DNA of 64,000 nucleotides, taken from contig NW_026262582.1 of assembly GCF_021869535.1 (NCBI RefSeq), forward strand, positions 32,364,001 through 32,428,000, written 5' to 3'. This DNA is from Mytilus californianus. Taxonomy: Eukaryota. The notes under the pieces are model-generated. The model was not told the origin of the DNA, did not search any database, and saw nothing but the letters and a program-made list of their open reading frames with translations. Shown here in pieces: positions 13,318-24,800 of this stretch; the stretch's first letter is position 1; each line of letters opens with the position of its first letter. Made by a program: the position numbers and the translations under genes.

Positions 13318-13430
13318 GTCCGGGACTAGCGTTTGTGGTGTATCCTGAAGCCCTGGCACAAATGCCAATATCACCACTATGGGCTGTTCTTTTCTTCATA
13401 ATGATGATGACGCTTGGATTTAGTTCCTTG
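13318..13430 (+). CDS. SLC6 exon ([38 protein letters not shown])
   Basis: aag| and |gtaagc; 113 nt, phase 1 to 0; canonical SLC6 EL4/TM8 motif. Confidence 0.95.
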
Positions 13431-13956
13431 GTAAGCATGTAAATGTAAAAATGCCATCGCAAAGAACGATACCAATAGTTTTTAATATATTTAAAAAATT
13501 ACATTTAAAACACGCAAACCGTTTTACTTTCAGGAAAGTATATATACTATATAGTACATGTTTCATCCAATGACGAACAAAATCGAGAAGCATTTATTTT
13601 TTGTTTAAATTCATGAAATTATTTTCACTGAACTAGTCCACAATTTTGTTTAGGGGCCAGCTGAAGACCACCTCTGGGTGCGGGATTTTCTCGCTGCGTT
13701 GAAGAACCATTGGTGGCCTTCGGCTGTTGTCTGCTCTTTGGTCGGGTTGTTGTCTCTTTGACATATTCCCCATTTCCATTCTCAATTTTTTTAACTACCT
13801 ATCGTCTTTACAGCAAAACAATTTAACAAGTTTGAACTTGATAATTAATGTAAAGATATTTGATATCGGGATAATAAACAATGTTTATTGATTTTCATAG
13901 TTCATACTCATGCACATGAATTAGGTTCATACATGAAACCGTATACGTATTTTCAG

Positions 13957-14097
13957 TTTTCGATAACAGAGACAGTTATTACAGGCCTTGTGGACCAAAT
14001 GGGAGATTTGGTAGAAAAACAAAGTCGTAGACTTTATATATTTAGATTCTGCATTTGCGCATTATTTTTTCTTCTTAGACTACCAATGACTACAAAG
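13957..14097 (+). CDS. SLC6 exon (FSITETVITGLVDQ...LFFLLRLPMTTK)
   Basis: tttcag| and |gtattt; 141 nt, phase 0 to 0. Confidence 0.9.
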
Positions 14098-15275
14098 GTA
14101 TTTACGACACTAATTACAAGCAATGAAAGGGTAAATGAATTAACTGAGTACTTTTTTCAAAATGTACATGTATGAACACCAATGATACACAAAGCTAGCA
14201 ACACGAGTCTTCCTAAATCACACACAAAGCTTGTTTATTGTTGAACCCCATAGTTTGACCATTTTAGATAATTTTTGAGGGGATTATTTTGATTTTTGGG
14301 GGTTTAGCTTTCTTGGTGTATACCATCTATTTACCTTTATTTATGTCAAAAGGTCACCATAATGATACAGTTTACCTAGATGGAAGCACGTTGAAACCAT
14401 ATAGCACAACGCGAATCAGTGCGTTTTTAGAAAGATTGTAGATGGAATTACAATTTTCGGTAGAAAAAATGGTTGCAAGAAAATCACTGTTTTAAACCAA
14501 GATTTGATTTTTTTTATGAGACCTTGCTTATAACTGTAGATCTAGATAGCCGTTTCAATCTAAAATAAATTTAATGTGGTATGACATGTATATTTATATT
14601 TAATTATTGTGTAACGCACAAAATGACAGAATTAGTGTATGTGCTACATATGTACATGTACATACAAATACTGTCATTGACTTTAGCTCTAATGCGCATA
14701 ACAAATATGCTTGTCCTCGTGAAGCCTCTCGTCGGGAAGTGCAAGAATATTACAAAAAAGTCAAACGTGAATTCTTGTTTTTTAAGTACATAAAAACATA
14801 TCGTATTGTCATTTAATTTCATGGAGAAAAAAATATAGTTTCCGAAGGTACATCATACATGTACAGACACACACACACACACAAAAGTGCTTTTCTATTA
14901 TATTTTTTTAAATTATTAATCATATTCGAATTATTGTTCCTACACGCTAATCAGGTAGCATATAAAGACAAAAACACCAGCAGACATGTATAAGGCTAGT
15001 AAAAATCCTGCGTTAATATTTACAAGGAACCGTTTAAAAAGGACTTGCCTCTTTCATTTTGACAAAAACTAAAACATGTGTGATGATGGAAAAAATTCAG
15101 CTTAACAAACAATTCTTATGTTCTCGACTGGGTTTTCCGGAGAAAGATAACAATTGTTATTATGGTTGTATTGCTCTCTTTCTCCAGATAGATTCGATTC
15201 ATACTACATTTTTTTGTAGTATAAACGGTGTCTTTCAATTTGGCATGAATTCACAAAACACATTGTATATTTTAG

Positions 15276-15374
15276 GGAGGAATGTACATGTTGAATCTAT
15301 TAGACAAATCAGTCGATGGTTCCCTTTGTTGGTGGTAGGGTTTGTGGAACTTTTGGTCATCATTTACATTTATG
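15276..15374 (+). pseudogene. SLC6 TM10 exon with a 1-nt frameshift
   Basis: GGMYMLNLLDKSVDG, then a shift to (F)PLLVVGFVELLVIIYIY. The exon is 99 nt where the flanking phases (0 and 1) require 100. Confidence 0.88.
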
Positions 15375-16194
15375 GTATCTCTAACAGAACCCTTGACACA
15401 AAGGCATTTCCAAAGATTTTATTCAGAGGTGTACTTAGTACTTAATATGTTTATCTATTAAAGCATACACAGTGTATCGTGGTTGCTGCATTTACAAATT
15501 TAGCTTAATTGGGAAAGCTAAGAGTCGGACATTTAAAAGGCACGGGCGTATGATTAACACATTGGGGCTACATAAAGGTGCATATTTCGTACCATGCCAG
15601 TAGCGAAAACGTTACTGACGCTTGGCAAAAAATGCCGTTCCTATTTTCTAAAACGATCAACAGTGGCCGAAATATAACATAGAGCAAAAACCATCTGATA
15701 TAATTTTCGTCAAAGAAAGTTTCTAAATTAAGTTTTAGTTGAAAAATTAAAAGTCAATACAATAACAATTTAAAAAAAAGTCAGTATGCATAATAGAAAC
15801 GTACAATGTACATGTAAGGCTTACCCGTCTTTCAGATTTTTCTTTCACTTTCAAACGAAATTCACGACGACGACATTTGACTTGAAAAACAATATCCCTT
15901 GAACGACATTAGACATAATTGTTTATGCTAAGTATATGTATACCTAAAATGTATACCTTAATATCATATATGAAAGTAAAATAAAAATACTTTAGGCGTT
16001 AGACAATATAGATCAAGAATTAAAATACATTATACTGAAAACCTGCTTTAATTTTCTATTCAAGTTATTTTGGTAGTTTTCTATATTCTATTATGCACTC
16101 GAGTATATTTATTGAAATAGCCGATCTTAATTCGTATCCACCTTCCTTTATGGTGTCATTATTAAATACATATTTATGCTTCCCAATATTGCAG

Positions 16195-16274
16195 GTTACC
16201 TGCGGTTGAAATCTGATATAGAAATGATGCTTGGTAGTTGGATACCAGTCACTAAAGGTTTCTTTATTTCGTTG
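16195..16274 (+). pseudogene. SLC6 exon truncated by a MITE (GYLRLKSDIEMMLGSWIPVTKGFFISL)
   Basis: tattgcag| acceptor, phase 1. The expected W..I.P continuation and a phase-0 donor are absent after the insertion. Confidence 0.8.
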
Positions 16275-16438
16275 CATATGCGGATCGGGGGGGGGGGGGG
16301 GGGGGGGTTGTCCCGCCTCCCCTTTAGTTGGAAAAATTTATTTGATTATACAGCGAATTACTGACCCATGAGGAGCTGGACCCCTCTTAGGGCAGTCAGT
16401 GACCTCCCGCCTTATGAAAATTTCTGAATTCGCCACTG
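16275..16438. mobile_element. Short MITE with a poly-G tract
   Basis: Degenerate TIRs catatgcggatc / gaattcgccactg and a G21 run near the left end. No clean TSD. Confidence 0.6.
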
Positions 16439-17087
16439 TATTGTTTTCTGAAACAGTATTATACCATACTTTATTTGTTGTATCACGAATAAATGAAGAA
16501 TTATGAATTATTAGGGTACAGGTCAAAAACTCAACGACACCAAAAAATCAACATGTATTTAAAAAATCAAAAAATGATTTATTTATATTTATGAAAAATC
16601 GATATGTAGAATATTTATCATTGTATCACGTGACACTAAGTATGTTTTCCTTAGAGAGCACTATATCTGTACGCGTTTTTTTTCTTTTTTTTTTTTTTTT
16701 TCACTTGTTAAACTGACAGATGTCGTTATTACTTCTATATCGGTATGAGTGTGTATCATCTTCATGAGAAGTGACCAACAAGTGCTGCTATTGAAAGAAA
16801 ATGTGCAGTCGGAATGATTTAAGGTAGTCTTCACTACACATTATTCTAACATGGTTACCTTGAACCATAACACATTGCACATCATCTTAGAAATGGATAA
16901 AGTTCTAAAATACAAACACATAACTGAATGACAATATAGACAGAAAAACACAGGAATACATTTTATGTACAATTTTTCATACAATTGTCATGCTTGTAAC
17001 TTTTCAAAATGCTTACATATTTTCAAACGTCACTGTTGAATTCATTGGCGTAATCACCAAACACTTTGCACAAATCTTAATCAGCTT

Positions 17088-19270
17088 TTAAGCTCACAGG
17101 AGGGCCCCATGTGAGCTTATGCCATCACTTGGCGTCCGTCGTCCGTCGTCGTCGTCGCCGTAAATTATTTCAAGAATCTTCTCCTCTGAAACTTCTTGGC
17201 CAAATACCTTCAAACTTTGACTGAATGTTCCTTAGGGTATCTAGTTTATAAAATGTATCCGAAGTTTTGATCCAAGAACAAACATGGCCGCCATGACTAA
17301 AAATAGAACATATGGGTCAAATGCAGTATTTGGCTCATATCTCATAAACTTAAGCATTTAGAGCGAATCTGACATGGGGTAAACAATTTCATTAGGTCAA
17401 GGTCTATCAGCCCTGAAGTTTTCAGACGAACCGAACAACCCATTGTTAAGATGCTGCCACTAAAATGGTAATTATAAGGGAATTTTGCAGTTACTGGTAA
17501 TCATCTTGAATATTATGGAGATAAAGATAAACTGTAACCAGCAAAAATGTTCAGCATAGTAAGTTCTACAAAAAAGTTTAATAACCAAAATCTAGTTTGC
17601 TTGTCTTACTTTAAAAAATCTTCTACTTTCGAAACTGCTGAATTATTTTCAGCCAAACTTTGGCTGAATGAGTTTCAGAGTATCTAGTATACATTTTGTA
17701 TTTTATTTCCTTGTATGTCAAGAAACATAACCACTATGGCTATAATGGAACATAGGTGTAAAATGCATTTTTATGCTTTTGAAGAAAATATGACAGATAC
17801 AAAGAACCTTTAAATGGCATTTATAAGGCACCCATTAATATATATTAATATATATTGAAAGGCAAAACGAGAGGCTCCAAGGAGCCTGTGTCGCTCACCT
17901 GATATTTTTATTTACAATTGATGCATGAAATAATGCAACCGTTCTACTTTTGCTTTAGTTTCAGAGATATAAGTCAAAAACTGCATTTTCCCCTATGTTC
18001 TAATTTTAGCCATACCTGCTATGTTGGTTGGAAGGCAGGGTCATCGGACACATTTTTAAAACTAGATTCGCTAATGCTGATTGTGGCTAGGTTTGGTTAA
18101 ATTTGTCTCAGTTTTTTGAGGAGAAGACTTTTGTAAAAGATTATAAAAATTTACGAAAAATTGTTAGATTTAACTTTAATGGGCAATCACTCCTTATGGG
18201 GTCAATTGACCATTTTGGTCATGATGACTTATTTGTAGATCTTACTTTGCTGAACATTATTGCTGTTTACAGTTTATCTCTATCTATAATAATATTCAAG
18301 ATAATAACCAAAACCTGCAAAATTTCCTTAAAATTACTAATTCAGGGAAACAACCCAACAATGGCTTATCTGATTCGTCTGAAAAATTCAAGACAGATAT
18401 ATCTTAACCTGATGAACATTTTTAATACTCTTAATGCTATAGTTTTAGATATATAAGCCAAAAACTGCATTTTACCCCTATGTTCTGTTTTTAGCCATGG
18501 CGGCCATGTTGGTTGGCAAGCAGGGTCATCGGACACATTTTTTAAAAAGATACCCTAATAATGATTGTGACCAAGGTTGGTTAAATTTGTCTCAGTAGTT
18601 TCAGAGGAGAAGATTTTTGTAAGATAACAAAATTTTTTTTAAATTTGTTAAAAATTTACTATAAAGGACAATAACTCCTTAAGGAGCCAATTGACCATTT
18701 TAGTCATGCTGACTTATTTGTAGATCTAACTTTGCTGAACATCATGCTGATCACAGTTTATCACTATCTATAATAATATTCAAGATAATAACCAAAAACT
18801 GCAAAAATTCCTTAAAATTGCCAATTTAGGGGCAGCAACCCAACAACTGGTTGTCCGATTTGTCTAAAAATTTCAGGGCAGATAGATCTTGACCTGATAA
18901 ACATTATACCCTTTGTCGGATTTGCTGTAAATGCTTTGATATTGAAGACATAAGCCAAAATGTACATTTTACCGCTATGTTCTATTTTTAGCCATGGCAG
19001 CCATCTTGGTTGGGTGGCCAGGTCATCAGACATATTTTTAAAACTAGATAACCCAATGATAATTGTGGCCAAGTTTGGTTAAATTTGGCCCAGTAGTTTC
19101 AGAGGAGAAGATTTTTGTAAAAGTTGACGAATGACGACAGACGACGGACGACGGACGACGGACGCCAAGTGATGAGAAAAGCTCACTTGACCTTTTAAAA
19201 AATCATTGATGAAAGATTAAAGCAAAAAATTACAGGTGAGCGATTGAGGCTCTTTGAAGCCTCTTGCTTT
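17088..19270 (+). mobile_element. Helentron-associated non-autonomous element (HINE-like), outer copy
   Basis: 5' 'ttttaagctcac...gtgagct' plus a (cgtc)n microsatellite, and 3' 'aggtgagcga' plus the hairpin 'gaggctctttgaagcctc' and a T-tract. Interrupted by an inverted copy. Confidence 0.7.
17862..19196 (-). mobile_element. HINE-like element nested in inverted orientation, carrying tandem repeats of about 490 bp
   Basis: 5' end with microsatellite at 19138-19196 (minus) and 3' hairpin at 17865-17897 (minus). Repeat units start at 17969, 18453 and 18950. Confidence 0.75.
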
Positions 19271-19369
19271 ATATTCGAAACAACTAATGTACTGTATTCT
19301 ACACATGTTCAAGCTGTTAAAACTTCATTTGTATTTAGCCAAGTTTTAGCTGATCTGGACGGTTATTAT

Positions 19370-20330
19370 ACCCCACGCAACGAGTTGTGGAGGGTATAAT
19401 GTTTTTGACCCGTCCGTCCGTCAGTCCGTCTGTCCGTCAGTCCTTTATTTTGTCATCGCAACTCCTCTCAAACCACACAACAGAATTTCACGAAACCTTT
19501 TTAGATAAAAAGGACATATTATGTAGTTGTGCATATCGACAGGAAATTACGATTCAAATTTTTTTCTAGGAGTGACGCCCCTTTGAACTTATTTGCTTCA
19601 ATTTATTACTGCAGCAGTTTGTCATCGCAACTCCTCTGAAACCACACAACAGAATTTCATGAAACCTTTTTAGATAATAAGGACATACTATGTAGATGTG
19701 CATATAGACAGGAAATTACGATTCAATTTTTTTTCTAGGAGTTACGCCCCTTTGAACTTATTTACTTTAATGTACTGCAACAGTTTGTCATCGCAACTCC
19801 TCTGAAACTACACAACAGAATTTCATGAAACCTTTTAAGATAATAAGGACATACTATGTAGATGTGCATGTCGACAGGAAATTACGATTCAATTTTTTTT
19901 CTAAGAGTTACACCCCTTTGAACTTATTTGCTTTAAGGTACAACTTCAACAGTTTGTCATCTCAACTCCTCTGAAACCACACAACAGAATTTCATGAAAC
20001 TTTGTAGATAATAAGAACATTCTACGTAGATGTGCATATCGACAGGAAATTACGATTCATTTTTTTTCTAGGAGTTACGCCCCTTTGAACTTATTTGCTT
20101 CAATGTACTTCTGCAACAGTTTGTCATCTCCACTCTTCTGAAACCACACAACAGAGTTTCATGAAATTTTGTAGATAAGAAGGACATACTATGTAGATGT
20201 GCATATTGACAGGAAATTATTATTCAATATTTTTTCTTATACAATTTTTTTTTGTTACACTTATTTAATTTCTCCAATGACAATGTGTGGAAGTGGGATA
20301 TGTGAGCGTGCTCACTAAGGTTCTTTATTT
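19370..20330 (+). mobile_element. HINE-like element with a five-copy satellite array of about 168 bp
   Basis: Starts 'ttataccccacgcaacgagttgtggaggg' plus (gtcc)n. Units begin at 19452, 19621, 19787, 19956 and 20123. Ends with the hairpin 'gtgagcgtgctcac'. Confidence 0.8.
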
Positions 20331-20434
20331 AAACATAACTTTGTCAAATCAACTGGACATTGATGACACTTTTCTAGATTGGGACTGTACTGAATGATTA
20401 CAATGGATGGACGCCGTACTATGTGTATCATAAA

Positions 20435-20765
20435 ATTGAGAATGGAAATGAGGAATGTGTCAAAGAGACAACAAATCGACCAAAGAACAGAAAACAGCCA
20501 AAGGCCACCAATGGGTCTTCAACGCAGCAAGAATCCCGCACATGGAGCTAGCTCCTAAACAAAAATGTGTACTAGTTTATTGATAATGGACGTCATACTA
20601 AACTCAGAAATATAAAAAAAAAAACTGAAATTAAAAATCATACAAGACCAACAAAGGCCAGAGGCTACTGACTTGGGACAGGCGCAAAAATTCGGCGCGG
20701 TTAAACATGTTTTGTGAGATGTCAACCCTCCCCCTATACCTTTAGCTAATGTAGGAAAAACAAAC
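20435..20765 (-). repeat. Family A dispersed element
   Basis: Reverse complement of 2054-2334. Confidence 0.8.
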
Positions 20766-20874
20766 ACACAGCAATTACCACAGTAAATCTGGTTAACAGC
20801 TCTGAGCTGGTTAATTGTTGCCTTCTCTATTAAATTTGTATTCGTTCCAACATGGATGTTGTTTATTCTTCTAG

Positions 20875-21022
20875 GTTGTGATAGTATTGAAAGTATTACA
20901 CATTAGACGATTATGTGTATCCTGATTGGGCAACAGCTCTGAGCTGGTTGATTGTTGCCTTTCCTATCGTATTCATTCCGGCATGGATATTTTATTACTG
21001 TGCATGCAGAAATAAAAGAAAT
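20875..21022 (+). pseudogene. SLC6 TM12 exon with a frameshift
   Basis: cttctag| and |gtacgt. VVIVLKVL in one frame, then TLDDYVYPDWATALSWLIVAFPIVFIPAWIFYY in another; 148 nt is not a multiple of 3. Confidence 0.82.
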
Positions 21023-21566
21023 GTACGTATGTTTTGCTTTTATATAGTAACATTTATAAAGTAAAAGTACCTACAAGAGAATAATTGAGTTCAATATATA
21101 AATCATAAGGCACCATTTACACAAATCAGTATCAAAAAACTTATATAAGGTTGAGTTAGGCAGAGCAATTTCCAATATGAGGTTGACTGTCCCTCTGGTA
21201 TCGTTCGTCCCTCTTTTGCAACATCTCTTAGACTTATCAAATTTCATAAGAATTCAGGAAAATCTACATATACACGAATGTATAGTTATTACATAATTAA
21301 TATATTCCGAGATACAATTCAACTGTTCTTGTTTGAAACAAACATGTAAATTTAAAATATATCATGGCAAAAACGACGAAAAGATCAACAACAGTCCACA
21401 AAACACTTAACTGAAATTACATCATAGTAGAAAAGTGTCCGGGGTGATGACCACTACAAGTGGTCATCGATTACCTATATTAAGTAATAAAGTACATGCT
21501 AAAGTTAATAAATGCGTTCTGTTACTCTATGCAATTTGAAAAAATGTCATTGAATTATGTTGGCAG

Positions 21567-21890
21567 CTTTGTCATCCGAAGGCAAATTGGGGCCCAGCAT
21601 TTGAAGAGAACAGAACTGGTATATATTCCAAAGATTTGACTTCCTTTTACCAGTCGCCAATGGCATCAACTGTCTTGGAAAAAGATGGATACCAATTTAT
21701 TAGAAAAGACACTAATGAAGTTAACAAGACAAATATATATCAGCCATATTCAGAACCTTCTATCATGGCGACTTTCGAAAGTCGGACAGATTCTTCGTAT
21801 GACAACAAACGTTATGTTCATGATGTAGTAGAATCTACCAAACCCTTATATTTTTTTATCGTAATGGTGTATCATCATGGCGAACAATAA
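21567..21890 (+). CDS. SLC6 terminal exon (LCHPKANWGPAFEENRTGIY...*)
   Basis: P..NWGPA...R motif typical of SLC6 C-termini, open to TAA at 21890. The acceptor (ggcag|) is weak, so the start is uncertain. Confidence 0.75.
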   Translation, partial: LCHPKANWGPAFEENRTGIYSKDLTSFYQSPMASTVLEKDGYQFIRKDTNEVNKTNIYQPYSEPSIMATFESRTDSSYDNKRYVHDVVESTKPLYFFIVMVYHHGEQ

Positions 21891-24800
21891 TGATACTATA
21901 TTTATATATCAACAGGGAAAGTTTGATTACCTAAGTGTAGTGAATGTGATTTTCAAACAATGTCCGAGCATTATAATTTAAGACATTAGTTTTATTGATA
22001 TCAAGGAATTTGGAAGTAATTTCCTTTTCAATGTCACATGTTATAAAATGTTAAAATATGTTTTACATTAATATATTATATTTGCCATAAACGTAAAAGT
22101 TAAATTATAATTTGATGTTTAAAGTCAGTTTAACTATTTTTACTCTTAGCCATGATCATGACGGTCTATCAGTTTTTAATTATCAATGGTTTTTCTAGTT
22201 TTACTCTTAGCCAGGCGATGTAGAATATATATTTTGGCATTTTTAGGTATCAAATGAAAGGTGAAGGACTGTGGATCCTTGTAGAACACAATTTTTCTTA
22301 TCAATTTGAATAATAAACACATCATGAAATAATTCTAAAATTAAGGACACATATGGGCTGTTTCTCTGATATGAAGTACCTGGCTTGGTGTATTCAAAGT
22401 TCAGGTAGCCAGTGAGCTTTGATGTGAAAAAAACGGTATATTTATCCCACAATTGAAGTAGTATGTTAATATATTACATATATAATTAGAGTATTACATT
22501 TAAACATAAGATTGCAGTACAAGACAAAACCATCACAATTCAGCTGGAAACATTCAGCATTCAGCATTAATGCTACATCTTGTGGTGGCTTGTGACAGAA
22601 CTTTGACAACTGTCCGATTTTGTCTCGTGGGAAACTGATTTTATATCTGTTTCGAATTGTGCACAAGTTTTATCTGGTCTTTTGTGGGTTTATGCTGTTC
22701 AAGGTGATTTTCGGTGCAGTGCTATGTGGGCTGTTATTTTCTTTCATTTGTTATTTTTTCCTCTGTGTTACACAACCTTGTACTTTTTGTATTGCCCTTT
22801 TACATCTCCTGCTTCTGTTTAAACCTTTACCACTAATATATCATCTGGTTTTAATAAGATAGTGTCTCATTCCCTAAATTTATTATACAGGAATTCATTT
22901 TAATATCAGTTTTTTATAAGCATATAAACTGCTTGGTCTCTTCACACAACTTATTTTTAGGACGGAATATGCATCAATAGGTACATACATGCACCAGGTC
23001 GCTGATATATATATAAGTACACATTATGTGCATTTGACCTCCACAAGAAATCTGAAACATACATAGAATATTGCTTTCGTTAGGTTGTTGTCTCATTGAC
23101 ATAAACCTCATATTTCATTTTTGTCATAGCTTCTGTGCCTTTCAAATTTATTGCAGAAAATATTTGCATACACATTTTTCAAAACAGGAGAGGTGATATT
23201 ATAGTGATCACAGCATGAGGACATGTACAACTGAAACAACACAACATATAAACACAAACAAGCACCATTGTTAAAGGACTGAAACAAACATAGATGATTA
23301 CCAATATGAGCCCATAACGACTAGTGTACAAGTAGAGTGAACATTTCTTGCTTCTTATTCAACACCTTTTGTCATTTAATGAAAACAATTGAATATGTTA
23401 CTTTCCATAGAGAGAAAGGAATTTGTGAAACGAAATATTTTGCTATTTAGCACTGTCAAGTTTTATATTCACAGGGGTGTTGTGGCATACATGAACGTTT
23501 TCTCTTTTTTTTTTACATTATGCTACCTTTATGATACAAAGGTAGCATTTTCCATGATGTACAAAGATATTATAGAGTGGTGTTCCAATGATAGTAATAC
23601 ATGGACACCATTGTTTCATTGGCAATCATACTACATCATCATATTGTTATACATTTTGTACATGTATGTAAAAACTATGTATACTTTAAATTTGTAAACG
23701 TAAAGAAGACAAATGAAGTTGAACACAAGATTTTTATTTGCATTTTTATCCTGTATAGTCTCTGCACAACTGCCCCTGTTCCACTTCCGCTTCAAATTCA
23801 ATAGATTGAATGAGAGTCTTGTATTTGTTTTTAGTTCAATGATGTCAATTACACAAAAATTGCATACACGTGTAAATCAAGTTTAGCATATGAACTACAA
23901 TAATATGGTGTTTTCACAGTCAGGATGAGCACCTGATATCTTCTATCTTACAAAACCTTTTTTAAGTATCATATTGATAGGAGTAGTAATCGGTCCACTA
24001 CATGACTGTCATGACTGTGTTGTCATAATTGGAAAAAGTAATCACTAAAAGTTATTTCTGTCTGCCAGTGAGTCTTATTTTCAAACAGAAAGAATTGGGA
24101 ATCCTGCATTCATCACTTGTTACTACATCTCTTGTATGCTGCACTGTTAGGCAAATTTGATCAAAAACTTTGTTTATTTAAAACAGGATCCTGTTCAAAA
24201 AAAATAAATGCTGTCAGATACTGAATGTAGATATATATAAAATTGTAAATTTCATCAAAGTGGGTGAAATAATTAAAAAAAACTTGAAGATGGACAAGTT
24301 GATAAACCAAAACTAGGGACAGGGGTATGTCTTTATATATGAAAAAAATCAACCTGGTCGACAGAAAAATAAATAAATAAATACTGATTTTTAATTATAT
24401 ATTGCATTAAAGTGGGTGAAATAATGAAAATAAACCAACTTATATACACAAAACCAGAATGTCATGGGAAATTAATTTATGTGATAGGTACAATAATTCT
24501 CTGATGATGGACAAGTTTATAAACTGGAACCAGGGACAGTATATATAAACAAAATCAACATGGCTGACAGCTATAAAACTGTTTTTCAACTGAAAATTGC
24601 AACTTATAATTACTATAAACTGAATAAAAGAAAGTAAATAATATATACTTACATTATGCTGTTTTGAAATGCTTCATGTAAAATTACTATCGAGTGGCAG
24701 TTGCGAACTTTCGTTGATGTTACAAAATGGCTATCAACGCTCTCGTTAAAGTCTCATCGTAGGATGCGTGTTTTCAATTAGATTTCGCTGACCACTGTTA

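Larger units (their letters stand above)
11537..21890 (+). pseudogene. SLC6-family Na+/Cl- dependent transporter gene (3' half), probably pseudogenised
   Basis: Seven exons with AG acceptors and (where intact) GT donors in compatible phases, encoding TM7-TM12 and the C-terminus ([50 protein letters not shown]). Lesions: a 1-nt deletion near 15321, a MITE in the exon at 16275 and a frameshift near 20900. The 5' exons were not found in the window. Confidence 0.85.
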
